DNA of 63,383 bases, counting the filler, from Olpidium bornovanus S191 (lineage: Eukaryota > Fungi > Olpidiomycota): the NCBI GenBank assembly GCA_017911155.1. It is 26 parts of 26 records of this genome, joined end to end, with 100 filler letters (N's around TTAATTAATTAA, not from the genome) between each part and the next. Parts side by side here need not be neighbours in the genome. Positions count along the whole stretch, not along the records: positions 9,658 to 14,226 come from JAEFCI010000575.1; positions 14,327 to 15,551 come from JAEFCI010013131.1; positions 15,652 to 18,895 come from JAEFCI010013134.1; positions 18,996 to 21,619 come from JAEFCI010010657.1; positions 21,720 to 24,929 come from JAEFCI010013429.1; 21 more parts are not named here. The stretch is one strand, 5' to 3'. The translations under genes and the position numbers were made by a program. Positions 12,965-23,242 of this stretch are shown in pieces. Within the stretch, counting starts at the first letter, position 1. Each line of letters starts with the position of its first letter. The notes below the pieces were generated by a model. It saw only the letters and a list, made by a program, of their open reading frames with translations. It was not told the DNA's origin and did no database searches.

Positions 12965-13180
12965 TTATTGCCCGTTATGGGAGTTTTTCTCAGGAAAATT
13001 ACCCCCCACCAGCAAAAACGACCTGGATCAGACAAAGGCTTGAATTTTTACCTTATACTTCGGTCGTTTTCACCCGACCTTTTGACAAATTCAGATGTTT
13101 TGGGGAAATTTTCTGGCAGTGTCTCAGGCACAACGCCGGTAACTTTTTACCCGCATCTTTCATCGGGCCGGAACCAGACT
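12965..13180 (+). repeat. Dispersed repeat family, copy A (putative DNA-transposon terminal arm)
   Basis: Aligns by eye to 51610-51826 and 15283-15415; shared blocks GAGTTTTTCTC, CGGTCG, GACAAATT, GTGTCTCA and GGTAACTTTT. Confidence 0.75.
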
Positions 13181-13809
13181 GCTTATGTTATGTTCTTCCG
13201 GATCAAAAACAGTCTGTTTTCAACAATCGATGAAAACCTCGAAAACAGAGATGATAGGGGAAATGGCGATTGCCAAAGAGAACAAGCGCGATTCGCGTGC
13301 ACTGGCGAAACGAAACTGGTGCGCACGGCAGCGACCAGCCGTTTTCCGTGTTTGGCGTCGTGCCCGTCCGAAGGACCGGCGGAAGTGCGGTCTAGTCGCA
13401 GGTGGCCGTCGGTTTGGCCGCCCCTTGCGGCGAGAGCAACCCGCACCCGGGCCGCCATCCTTCCACTCCCGGCGGCAACTGGCGCGTTTGAACAATTGAG
13501 CTTCCAACCACCCGCCAACGCGCCTCTCGTTTGGACGCACGGCGGTTGGTGCCGCTGTCCCATCGGCCTTCGGTAGGCGGCCGGCGGGACACCCACCAAC
13601 ATCGCGTACCTTTTCCAAGAACGCGACCGCTCCGGGCGCGCCAATCGTCGAACAGTGGAGTTAAACAGCTCAATACTAACCCCTTTCCGCCGGCCCCCAC
13701 GCCCCACGCGACCATCTCCGAGGTGCGATCTCGATTTGACGGTGCTATGAACTAATCAAATTGTGACATCGAACTACGGCTGCTTTTAAGTACAATTCGC
13801 ATCCTCAGT

Positions 13810-14226
13810 TCAGCGTATTAACGGCCGAACGGCTTTAGGAACGGACACCTTAACGGACCCTGTCGCGTCCTCGTTGCCGGCCTTCGCAACATCATCTCCT
13901 CCCGTCCACGTCCAGCCCATTTTTTGCAGACAGCCCATGGTCAGACCTGGGAGAATACGGGAATCGTAAAACCCCCTCCAACAGTTTCCATACTTCCGCT
14001 GCAGCTCAGATACGACTCTGGCCTCGCGCGGGTCCCGCCTGTGATTCTTTTGCTGAAAACGCCAACGACTGTCGAAAATAACCCAGCGGCGCATCTTGTT
14101 AAGATCATGGTTGGACCGGCCGGGGAAGAGAGAGACGACATCGGCAGGGTCGACGTGACGCCCGCTACGGTTCACGTTGACGATCTTCTCCATTATGTGT
14201 AACTCGTATGACGTCCAACTCGGGTC
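13810..14226 (-). CDS. Divergent multi-repeat Myb/SANT-like protein, C-terminal part (5' truncated)
   Basis: Frame is open from the contig end: DPSWTSYELHIMEKIV...DVVSLFPGRSNHDL, then a second repeat REARVVSELQRKYGNCWRGFYDSRILPGLTMGCLQKMGW, with Myb-like W/E/FPGR spacing. Confidence 0.6.
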   Translation of the reverse strand, partial: DPSWTSYELHIMEKIVNVNRSGRHVDPADVVSLFPGRSNHDLNKMRRWVIFDSRWRFQQKNHRRDPREARVVSELQRKYGNCWRGFYDSRILPGLTMGCLQKMGWTWTGGDDVAKAGNEDATGSVKVSVPKAVRPLIR

Positions 14227-14569
14227 NNNNNNNNNNNNNNNNNNNNNNNNNNNNNNNNNNNNNNNNNNNNTTAATTAATTAANNNNNNNNNNNNNNNNNN
14301 NNNNNNNNNNNNNNNNNNNNNNNNNNACAGGCAGACCATACCAAGACACCACCAGGCTCGTTTGAAAGGCCATTTTAAGCCCTTTCGAAGGACCTCAAAA
14401 TCACTCAGCTCCGATCAGCCCTTTATGATATCCAACAGTTCCATGTCAGGAGTCATGTTCACGCTAAACATGGTCGGAAGGGGTCTTTCATCATCTACCA
14501 GAAATGAGCTGTTATTTAAAACACCTTAAGCTTCCCCTTTTATTTTTGCTGCCGCTGGCTTTACCCTGT

Positions 14570-14909
14570 TTATTTTTTTTTCTCTCTCTCTCTCTTTCCC
14601 GGCCATATGCGCGTCTTCATCTCTTTCTTTCTCTCTCTTTTTAGCCGCCATCGCACGCCCGCATCTCTCTCTCTTTCTTGCCGCCATTGCGCGCCCGCGT
14701 CTCTCCCTCTCTCCCCCCTCTCTGTCTTTTTTTTTCTCTCTCTCTTTCTTGCCGCCATCGCGCGCCCGCATCTCTCCCTCTCTCCCCCCCTCTCTGTTAT
14801 TTTTTTCTCTCTCTCTTTCTTGCCGCCATCGCGCGCGCCCGCAGCTTTCTCTCTCTCTTTCTTTTGGTTTTTCTTTATCCCTCTTTCTCTCTCTCCCTCT
14901 TTTTTTTGT

Positions 14910-14947
<38 letters not shown>

Positions 14948-15030
14948 GCCGCCGGAGATTCTTGACGTTTTTTTCTCTCTCTCTCTATCTCTCTCTCTTG
15001 CTGCCGGAGATTCTTGACGGAGATTCTGAC
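14570..15030. repeat. CT-rich degenerate minisatellite built on GCCGCCATCGCGCGCCCGCATCTCTC and GCCGGAGATTCTTGACG units
   Basis: GCCGCCAT(C/T)GC recurs at about 14645, 14680, 14751 and 14822, separated by (CT)n/Tn tracts; GCCGGAGATTCTTGACG occurs twice (about 14950 and 15003). Confidence 0.8.
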
Positions 15031-15282
15031 GCCGAATCTGACATAGAATCAGGCGCGCGGGCGGGGCGCGCACACGCACGCACGCACGTACCGCAAGCAA
15101 GGCGAGGGAAGGCGGCGCGGGGACGCGGGGGCGGCGGAAAGCGGCGGCGGCGGCCATCATCATCATCATCTCCCTCCTCTTTCCCCCGCGTGTGTAAACG
15201 GTTGCGGCTTTGATGGGCGGGGCGATTTTCGCGCGTTTCGGGGGGTTTTCGTTAGAGAAATGTCCTGAAAAGCTGGAGTGGC

Positions 15283-15415
15283 TCCAATCTGGTCGGTTTA
15301 ACACGGGGCTTTCGACAAATTTAGAGTTTGCGAGAAAACTTTTTCGACAGTGTCTCATACACGGCGCCGGTAACTTTTAACAAATGTTCCGCCGGATAGG
15401 AAAGGCGCGATCATC
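15283..15415 (+). repeat. Dispersed repeat family, copy B (empty-site allele for the 51827-52552 insertion)
   Basis: GACAAATTTAGAGTTT...GTGTCTCA...GGTAACTTTT...AAATGTT...GCCGGA.AGGAAAG.CGCG|ATCATC is colinear with 51700-51826 joined to 52553-52558. Confidence 0.8.
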
Positions 15416-15490
15416 TCCCTTCTCTTTCCCCTGCGTATGTGCGTGTGTGCGTGTGTGTGCGTGTGTGGCGGGGGAGCGGCGGGGGGGGGC

Positions 15491-15547
<57 letters not shown>

Positions 15548-15651
15548 GCCTNNNNNNNNNNNNNNNNNNNNNNNNNNNNNNNNNNNNNNNNNNNNTTAAT
15601 TAATTAANNNNNNNNNNNNNNNNNNNNNNNNNNNNNNNNNNNNNNNNNNNN

Positions 15652-17333
15652 CATGCATTTTCGCGTAAGCTTATCCAAGACGCCTACCAGTCAAGGGCGT
15701 TGATTGTAACTTCCCGTAATTTGGAGGCGATCAGAGCGGTAAGCCGTTTAACTGTCGGGCGCGGTTCGACAAGGAAATCGTCTACGAATTCCAACACCTC
15801 GATCGGGCGCGCGTAACTGCGAGTGGCAAACAGCAACATCAGCCGATCGAAAAAAAATCCCGAAAAAAAGAAAAAGGAACGCCCTGTGCATTTTTTCCAG
15901 TCTGGGTTCGGAACTCGATAAGCCCATGTAAAACAACGTCGTACGTACTGGACGATCACTGCGCTTCGCCATTTTTCCTTCCGAACATAAGTTATTCCCA
16001 CTGGCGTAACCACGACCGGCCGGCTGGCGGCAGTCGGTTTCTTGCGCATCCCGGGATCTGATGGAGGCAGTTCCTTTTGACGCCTCCGCAGACCCTTGTC
16101 GTCCTTTCCGTTGTCACATGCTGCGGCGGCTTCCTTCTGTTCTGCGACAAACTGCGCCGCGTGCTCGAGGGCAGCCCACGAGACCCCGTCCTTCAGCTCA
16201 CTGAATATTAGGGCGGAAGCAGGCGGAATACCGCGACCGTCAGCTCTCTTGGCTGGGGGCGTCTGCCTCCGCCTTTGCGCTGCACAGAATCACTTTCTCA
16301 CAGCACGTGCGGTAGTGTGTACGACCTTCCTATCGGTTTACGACGGACCGACCGTCTTAAGCAGGCAGCCATCTTAGGTTTCGCGACCTGAGAAGACAAA
16401 GAAAACATCGCTGCTGCCCAAAGCCCCCAACCCGTCCCCCACATCGCCTCCCGCTCTCTGTTTTTGTCTTTCCAGCCGGACCCCTCCTCTCTTCTTCTCT
16501 AACCTTCCGGGAAAACAAGCAGGCACCCGCCGGCCGACAGCAACTTCAGGGTGTCTTGGAACAAACCGTTATGGTTTTTCGACGACCGATCCACGGGCAC
16601 CGCGCCGACGGAGCTGAAAATGAACTTTCCGATCGAGTTCATGAAGAGCTGGACCTGCAAAAACGGTGTGGGAGTGCGAAGAAAAATTCCCCGGGCTCGG
16701 ATAGTCAGCCATATCTTGATCGCCCGCTTCCCCCACTCGCCCTAAAACGTCTTTCTGCACACACAGCCACGGCTCGGCGGCGCGCCGACCACGGACCTTT
16801 GCCCAAAAGTAAAACTGCCTGTTTTGCGGAGCGGTCCCGACTAGGATCATGGGGTCGACGACCATGTTGGAATGCGTGCTATGACCGGAGTTATGGTCAG
16901 CGTCCGGGGATCACCTCTCCGGACTTTTTTATTTCCTCCGCTTCCGCGGGATCAATCCTAGCGAAGTGGGGACCCTCTCCGCGCGTCTCGCTATCTCTCT
17001 CTTCTCACCTTGCCCTGCGACGGCAATAACGGACGACACGAGGCGGTCCCGAAGCGTACCGACATTACGCGGACTGGGGTCAAGAGAGGGCCAGCGGCGG
17101 GCCGCGCGCACATGGGAGGGGGGATCATCCGCCCCCTCGCCGAAGCGCCGCTTTTTATTTTATTTTTTTTTTTTTTTTTTTTTCACTCACACTATGCAGG
17201 GGTAAGGCGCCGGCGGGAGGTTCTCCTGGCCGCGGACGCACACCTCGCCGAAGTTGATCTTGGTGCCGTACACGCCGAGGGCCCTGAGCACCGCGTACGC
17301 GAAGCGCGGCATGGCCGGGACTTGCTTCCCGGA
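15652..17333 (-). CDS. Glycerol-3-phosphate/lysophospholipid acyltransferase (PlsC fold, fungal Sct1/Gpt2-like), paralog 1; 3' truncated, first exon uncertain
   Basis: Spliced motifs VRGQENLPPAPYPCIVASTHSNMVVDPMIL, FWAK, GAVPVDR, LVFPEGRSYTLPHVLELKDGVSWAALE, PVGITYVRKEKWRSAV and VTINALDW. The model needs a 6-nt microexon at 17009-17014. Confidence 0.9.
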
Positions 17334-18004
17334 CTGCGTCCGGACGGAGGGGGGGGTGCGGGAGTCGGAGGGCCAGCGGGGGAAGAACTGGTTTTGGGCT
17401 GGTTGCTCTTTTTTTTTTTTTTGATTTATTTTTTGGATTTTTTTTTCTTTGGGATGCCGGAATTATCAAGTTTAGCAGCACCAGCAAGGGCCCACGCGCC
17501 CCTTGCCCCCCTGACCGCCGCCGCTGAGCCGTTGCCGTCGGGCTCCTCGCCGTCGGCTGCCGTCATCACCGTCGCCCGCCACCCGTCGTCGTCGGCTGCC
17601 GTCGCCACAGTCGGCTTTCCGCCGTTGCTGCGCAGCGCCGCTCCCCGTCGCGCTGCCGTCATATGTCGTTTCCTTACCGTCGGCTTCCCACCGCTGTCGC
17701 CGCCGTCGTTTCCGCCTCCGCTGGCCGGCAACAGGGAACGCCCCCCCTCCCCCCTCCTTCCCCGCCTCGCCGTCGATCTTCCTCCGCCGTCGTCGACAAT
17801 GGTTCCCAAGCCGCTGAGCGACGTCCTAGTTTTGGTGTTCCGTTTTGCTGTCGTCGAGAGGCTGCACCTGCTTGGCGCCGTCACCGCCGAGCCCAATTCC
17901 TTTTTGCCGCTCGACGCCTGCCCGCCGCGTCCCCCGTCCCCTCTCCACCGAGCCCATTTCACCCCCTCGCCGCTCCGTCCTGTTCTCGACCAGTCTTTGC
18001 CACT

Positions 18005-18538
18005 ATGGCCTCCCTCACCATTGCCGGCGTCGTCAGCACCAACGGAGCTGCAACGCCCATGGCTCGCCTCCGGACCCGATCTCGCCCGTGGCTCGTCTCC
18101 GGACCTGATCTTTCGCTCGGCTCAATGCTGGCAATGCCAACTACTTCAAGTGGAAGGGAGAACGCTACATTGCCGTCCACGCCCACGAGCTGTATGATGC
18201 AGTCGACCTTAACTGTATTGCTGACAGAGAAGCCAAAGCCAAGGGAAGCAGAACCGGCCAAATGCTAGTCTGCACTTGCCCTCTTTTGCTGGCACCTCGA
18301 CAAAACCTTGGAGGACCAGTACGTCAACATCCACGACCCTCAGATGCTGTGGGCGGAACGGAAGGCCCGCTTCAACGACCAGTCTACGGTCTTTCTGCCA
18401 AAAGGCCCGCGTCGGGACTGGGCGAACCCGCTGTCACAGAGTTCTCGCCCGTGGCAGAAACTGCGGATGAACTTCAGTATATATACTTATGTAAGCCATT
18501 ACCAGAAGGAATACCAGATTAAATTACTAATTATATAG
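18005..18538 (+). pseudogene. Degenerate Ty1/copia gag (plant-type UBN2-like), frameshifted
   Basis: Across frame changes reads SFARLNAGNANYFKWKGE..., then ALALFCWHLDKTLEDQYVNIHDPQMLWAERKARFNDQSTVFLPKGPRRDW. This resembles the copia gag consensus FxxLxxxGxNYxxW...RHHLxxxLxxEYLxxxDPxxLWxxLKxRF...TVILPxARxDW. Confidence 0.65.
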
Positions 18539-18995
18539 CACGTATTGTAGCAGCTGCACCTTTGCACGCAGTTTGTTTCTGAGCAGGAGCTCAGCTGAAA
18601 AACATTTTGCGACCTTTCCCGTCTCTTGCCTCTGAGCGTGTTTAACAGCATCGAATCAACAAAGGTGTAGCAAGTCCGTCTTTGCTTAACAAAAAACGAG
18701 ATCATGGCTGCCATGCGGAAAAAACCACGCGCCTTAATCCCATCATGTCCATGCCAACGGCGGAGGCAAATCCTCATGCAGAGCAACGGACGTGGTCGCG
18801 GCGGCAAAGCCCTGTGCGGAAAGGGATGTGGTGTGGCCGCAGCACAGATATCAAGACAGGAAGGAACCCTCCCCCCAATGCAATCGCAACTGTGGNNNNN
18901 NNNNNNNNNNNNNNNNNNNNNNNNNNNNNNNNNNNNNNNTTAATTAATTAANNNNNNNNNNNNNNNNNNNNNNNNNNNNNNNNNNNNNNNNNNNN

Positions 18996-20554
18996 ATGTT
19001 GAATCTACATCAGGAAAACCCCAATGGACGCCCAGCTGACCGCTGGCTAGTATGCGTAATCCCGCACGACGCTGCCACCAACCAGAAGATTATTCCGGAT
19101 CTGTTTTTCAATCATGTTCGTCAGCGCTTGCAGTGCCTCAGAAATTTCGTTTTTCGCCGTCGCTTCCGCGGCGGCGCTTGTCCCCTGCGTGGACGTCAGC
19201 GCATTCAGATCCCGCACGCCCAACACGATCGGGGGGGGGTATCTGACGGCGCTGCGACGCAGAATTGTGTCACGTTGAGCGCATAAAGCAATCAGGAAAC
19301 TTTAACATCAATACTTCCACACCATGCCGATCTGAACTTCTCCCGGTGGAGGTACGTGATGCTGGCCGTCAAGATCGCCAAAGTGAAGTCCTCCCGATGC
19401 TTGTTGCGGGTAAGAATCTCGAGGAGCAGAAAACAGGAGTAAAATTCAGCCTCCCGCACCGACTAAGAGGTGCCTAGAGACAATTTCTTCTCCCCGCCTA
19501 CATCGTTTGCAATCATTGCAACACCGGTCCGAAGGGGTGCCATGCGCGGGTGATACCGTGATATGCCCTCTGGGAACATGCCCACACAGTCTCCCTTTTC
19601 CACACACTGCGACGAGGGCCAAGAGGAAAATTGAAATCACTTCCACACAGCGATCGTGCGGCGACAAAAAACAACGCGAATAGCATACCTCAATGATAGC
19701 CTTCATAGATTCGGTGTTGTCAACTTTTTGGCCCCCATAGTCTTTCCGGCGTTTAATGGGAACCGTCCCGACGTTTCGGATGAGGATACTGTCGGTCGCA
19801 GAACTCGTGAAACGGCGAAAGTGACCGCGCCTGATGCGGGTCCCAAGCCGACATCCGTTCCGGGAGCGTTACCTGAACGGGTCGTTCCGTTTCCAGAATG
19901 TATCCTAATCCATGGATTGAGTTTCCGGCGCGCCACATCAGGTAAAGTACGCCAACAGATTCTTTTTTTTGCCTCCATATGCAGTGTTTGATGGGTGGCA
20001 TATCCCACAGCCAAAATTCGGCAGACCTTTGCAGTGAGTCTGACCATCTTCCGCTTCGACCGCGGTGCCGTAGCCACGACCGCGATGCCGTCGGTCAACG
20101 AGTTTGAGTGGTTAGCACATAGGATTGTCGGCTGTGCCGCAACGTGTCAGGGCGTTTTTTTCAAAGATTATCATAACCAGCGTCCCGTACGCGGTTAAGT
20201 TGCAGTTAAGCCCGACAGATCGAATGTCGCCAGACAGCAATACCTGTCCGTCTGAGGTCATGTTCTCAGCTCCGACGACTACGTGCGAAGGAAAGGTTGA
20301 AGCCCTCGTGCATTAAAATCATACAAAGACGCGAGTACTTAAGTTCCTTCCAGCAAAAATATGCCGGAACGTTTTGGACCAGACCAAGGCCCGTTTCGGG
20401 GGGAAGGGGGAAAGACGAAGCGCTGGTTGCAACTCCGGAAGATGCTCGCGGAACCAAAAGCACGTGCCTCCTTACCTTCGACGTGGAAGAACACGTTAAA
20501 CAGCGTCCAGAAGATGACGCGCACGACGGGGTACAGCGCGGGTACTTCCGACAT
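18996..20554 (-). CDS. Glycerol-3-phosphate acyltransferase-like protein (PlsC fold), paralog 2; many small exons, 3' truncated
   Basis: Spliced product MSEVPALYPVVRVIFWTLFNVFFHVE/VVGAENMTSDGQ/PTILCANHSNSLTDGIAVVATAPRSKRKMVRLTAK/DTFWKRNDPFS/ILIRNVGTVPIKRRKDYGGQKVDNTESMKAIIE/CVEKGDCVGMFPEGISRYHPRMAPLRTGVAMIAND/ILTRNKHREDFTLAILTASITYLHREKFRS; NHxxxxD and FPEG motifs are intact. Confidence 0.9.
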
Positions 20555-20697
20555 TGCTTGTGCCGCAAATCTCTGCTATGCCCGAGGAAAAAGAGCTTCG
20601 CGAACTTCGGTGAGGGAACACGCGTTTGCGGGCAGACGGGAACTGGCGGCGACACTTGTGAACGCGGAAGCAGGCTGCGAGGAGCGCGGTCCTCGCG

Positions 20698-20751
<54 letters not shown>

Positions 20752-20784
20752 CGGCCGCGCTCCGGGGCAGCCGCGGGCGACGGG

Positions 20785-20826
<42 letters not shown>

Positions 20827-21031
20827 AAAAAATCCAAAAGAACTCCGTCCTGTTGCGGTTTGGTTCGGACGACGGCGGCGGGCGGTGGGGGATAAGCGAA
20901 AATTGCCCTCCCTTCGCCGCGCCAGCCGCCACCCGTCTTCTTCCCTGCATAAATATGTCAGAAATTCTTTTTCCCCTCTCAACCTTTTTTTTTTCTCAGC
21001 CTCTCTCGCCTTCCGCCCTCGCCCTCCCCCC

Positions 21032-21079
<48 letters not shown>

Positions 21080-21183
21080 CGAACGACGGACGTGAACCAA
21101 AGACAAAGGAAGACGAGTGCACAATGGAGGGCGGAGATGGCGGACGGCGGGCGGCGGAGACTGCACCGCGCGGTTCGGAACGC

Positions 21184-21619
21184 TGTAGAGTTTCTACAAG
21201 CTTTTGGTTTGTTTTGTATGGCGTCGGCGTGCGGGGTTTACAGGGGGAAGAAAGGAGGGATGATTCCCGCAGGAGTCTGCGCTACCGGCTACGTCCGACC
21301 CCCTTTCCCCCTTTTCCAACACCCCACCTCTCCTAGGAAATCCATCACGCCCATGGACATGTCTATCTGCCTATATATTGCCGGTCCTTCCTTTCACGGC
21401 GCTTGGGCTCAGGCGGTTAGCCCGTTTGCTGCCTACGCGGAACGTAGGCCGACCATTTCCCGAAACTTGGCAAACTTGATCTTATCTAAGGGCTTGGTGA
21501 ACATGTCCGCGAGATTCTCGGTCGTTCCTATGCGGCGTATGCTGATGCTTCCCTCTGCAGCGCACCAGCGGAGATGGTGGTACCGGATGTCAATATGTTT
21601 AAATCTCTTTGACACCTTA
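21184..21619 (-). mobile_element. Ty1/copia retrotransposon 3' end: RNase H C-terminus, polypurine tract and short 3' LTR
   Basis: KRFKHIDIRYHHLRWCAAEGSISIRRIGTTENLADMFTKPLDKIKFAKFREMVGL* (21433-21619); PPT AGGAGAGGTGGGG (21334-21322) abuts TGTTGG at 21321. The LTR end near 21184 (...CTCTACA) is tentative. Confidence 0.85.
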
Positions 21620-21824
21620 NNNNNNNNNNNNNNNNNNNNNNNNNNNNNNNNNNNNNNNNNNNNTTAATTAATTAANNNNNNNNNNNNNNNNNNNNNNNNN
21701 NNNNNNNNNNNNNNNNNNNCATGAGAACCCTGCAGCAGATGGGGAACAAGATCAGGGCTATCAGAACTCGCCAGATGGTACAGAAGGGGATTCAGAGCTA
21801 CTTTGCCCAAGTTTGAGTAGCACG

Positions 21825-21979
21825 TAGGTAGAATATATCAATTTACAAACGTTGTGGGACCAGACCAAATTTATCCAATAGCAGATTACGGACGTTTATC
21901 AGAATTGGGACCGGAAATATTTAGCAGTGTAGAGAGGTTATCAGTTGAGGCAGTATCACTTTAGAGAGGTTCTACTGTA
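21825..21979. mobile_element. Pogo/Tc1-mariner-like MITE relic with TA target site
   Basis: Right end read on the minus strand is TA|CAGTAGAACCTCTCTAAAGTGATAC (21979-21953). There is an internal repeat of TAGAGAGGTT (21930-21939) and two GGGACC motifs. The left end TA|GGTAGAATATATC is degenerate. Confidence 0.55.
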
Positions 21980-22142
21980 GTGGAAAAACCGTCACGTGGC
22001 CGAAGTTTCCTCCCTTCAGCTCAACGCGCCCGGGAAGCTCCTCGGCCGCAACACCCGCCGTCCGCCGCCGTCCCCCCCCCCGTCCGACGCCGTCCCCCCC
22101 CGTCCGCCGCCGGCTCCAGACGCCGCCGCCGCCGCCTCCGAA

Positions 22143-23193
22143 ATGCCGCCGAAGCAGCCCACCCCGTACCAGTTCTCCAAGAACCTGACCTACTCCCAGG
22201 ATGTGCCGGCTTTCCTGAGGGTACGTGTTCTCTCTTCTCCAGCCCGGACCAAGGAAAGGTCGACCCCGTGCGGGCACGGGCGCTGCGCGGAGGACATGGG
22301 AAGGCGGGGGCGAGAGGGAGGCAAGAGGGTTCTAAGTAATTGGCCGTTCTAAGTAATTGGCCTCCTCCCCCCGAGTTTGCCCCCTCTCCTTTCCTTTTCC
22401 AAAACGCCTCTTCGAGCCAACGCGCGGCGGTGGACGGAGACCGCTTTCCGTCCCGGGGCTTCCCTCCGCTTTTAACCAGTCTTCGCCCCACATTCACTGC
22501 ACTTGCAAAATTCTAGGCCCTCAAAGGCATGGTCCCGGAGGAGCCGACCGTCGAAACGAAAAGGCGGGCTCTTGAGCGACCTGAATCGGGCGGTGACACT
22601 TATAGTGGAGAGGAGCCCGAGGACGAGCGGCCAGTCGTTGTCCAGGTCAACAGCAAGCACCTCAGCGTTAAAGAGGCGGAGCGGCTGCGGAAAAGTAGGG
22701 ATCATCGGGTGCGGGGTGGGAGGGGGAGGGACTTGGTGATGTTCACGGTGTATTTCTGGCTGAGCATAGCTCACGTCCCACACTGTCGTTTCGACCGGCG
22801 GGCGCAGCGAGCGACGAAGAGGGAACGAAACCTATGTTCCGCAAGCCAGCGGAAACGCTGGACAGAAAACGAAAGTTTCGGAACAACTCGGTCGGAGCCA
22901 ACGACGCGGCGAGGAGCAGCCGGACTAGTAAGAAGCTCAGGGGCAAGAACAAAATTGTTCCGGCCGTCCACCTGGGACACCTCGAGGAGCCAGACGCGGA
23001 TCTTCGAAACGCCGACATGCCTGCACCGCCGGCGAAAGGCGGCTCTTCTGCGTCAGGCTGGGCCGCGGACAATGGCAAGCCACCGAAGTCGCCTTTGAAG
23101 CGATTACCTCAGTATGACGGCGGCGGTGACGACGACTCCGAAGGCGAAGCTTCGAACGCAAAGGTGCGGCAGCTTTCCAACTTCGTTCAGTAA
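22143..23193 (+). CDS. DUF4604/KIAA1143-like small basic protein, multi-exon
   Basis: MPPKQPTPYQFSKNLTYSQDVPAFLR| (KNLxY...PxFL), EEPEDERPVVV and a K-rich PMFRKP... C-terminal exon. Confidence 0.55.
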
Positions 23194-23242
23194 TTTACGT
23201 CGGCCGGATCGATCCGGAGTGCAGTGACACTCTTTTCTGTTC

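Noticed and set aside
14526-15358. Long ORFs rich in ER/SL/KKK/FFF/GGG/PPP here and at 6252-7256, 20297-21667, 55061-56155 and 60228-61048
   Set aside because: They are translations of microsatellites and homopolymers, or antisense shadows of GC-rich genes; they are not credible proteins.
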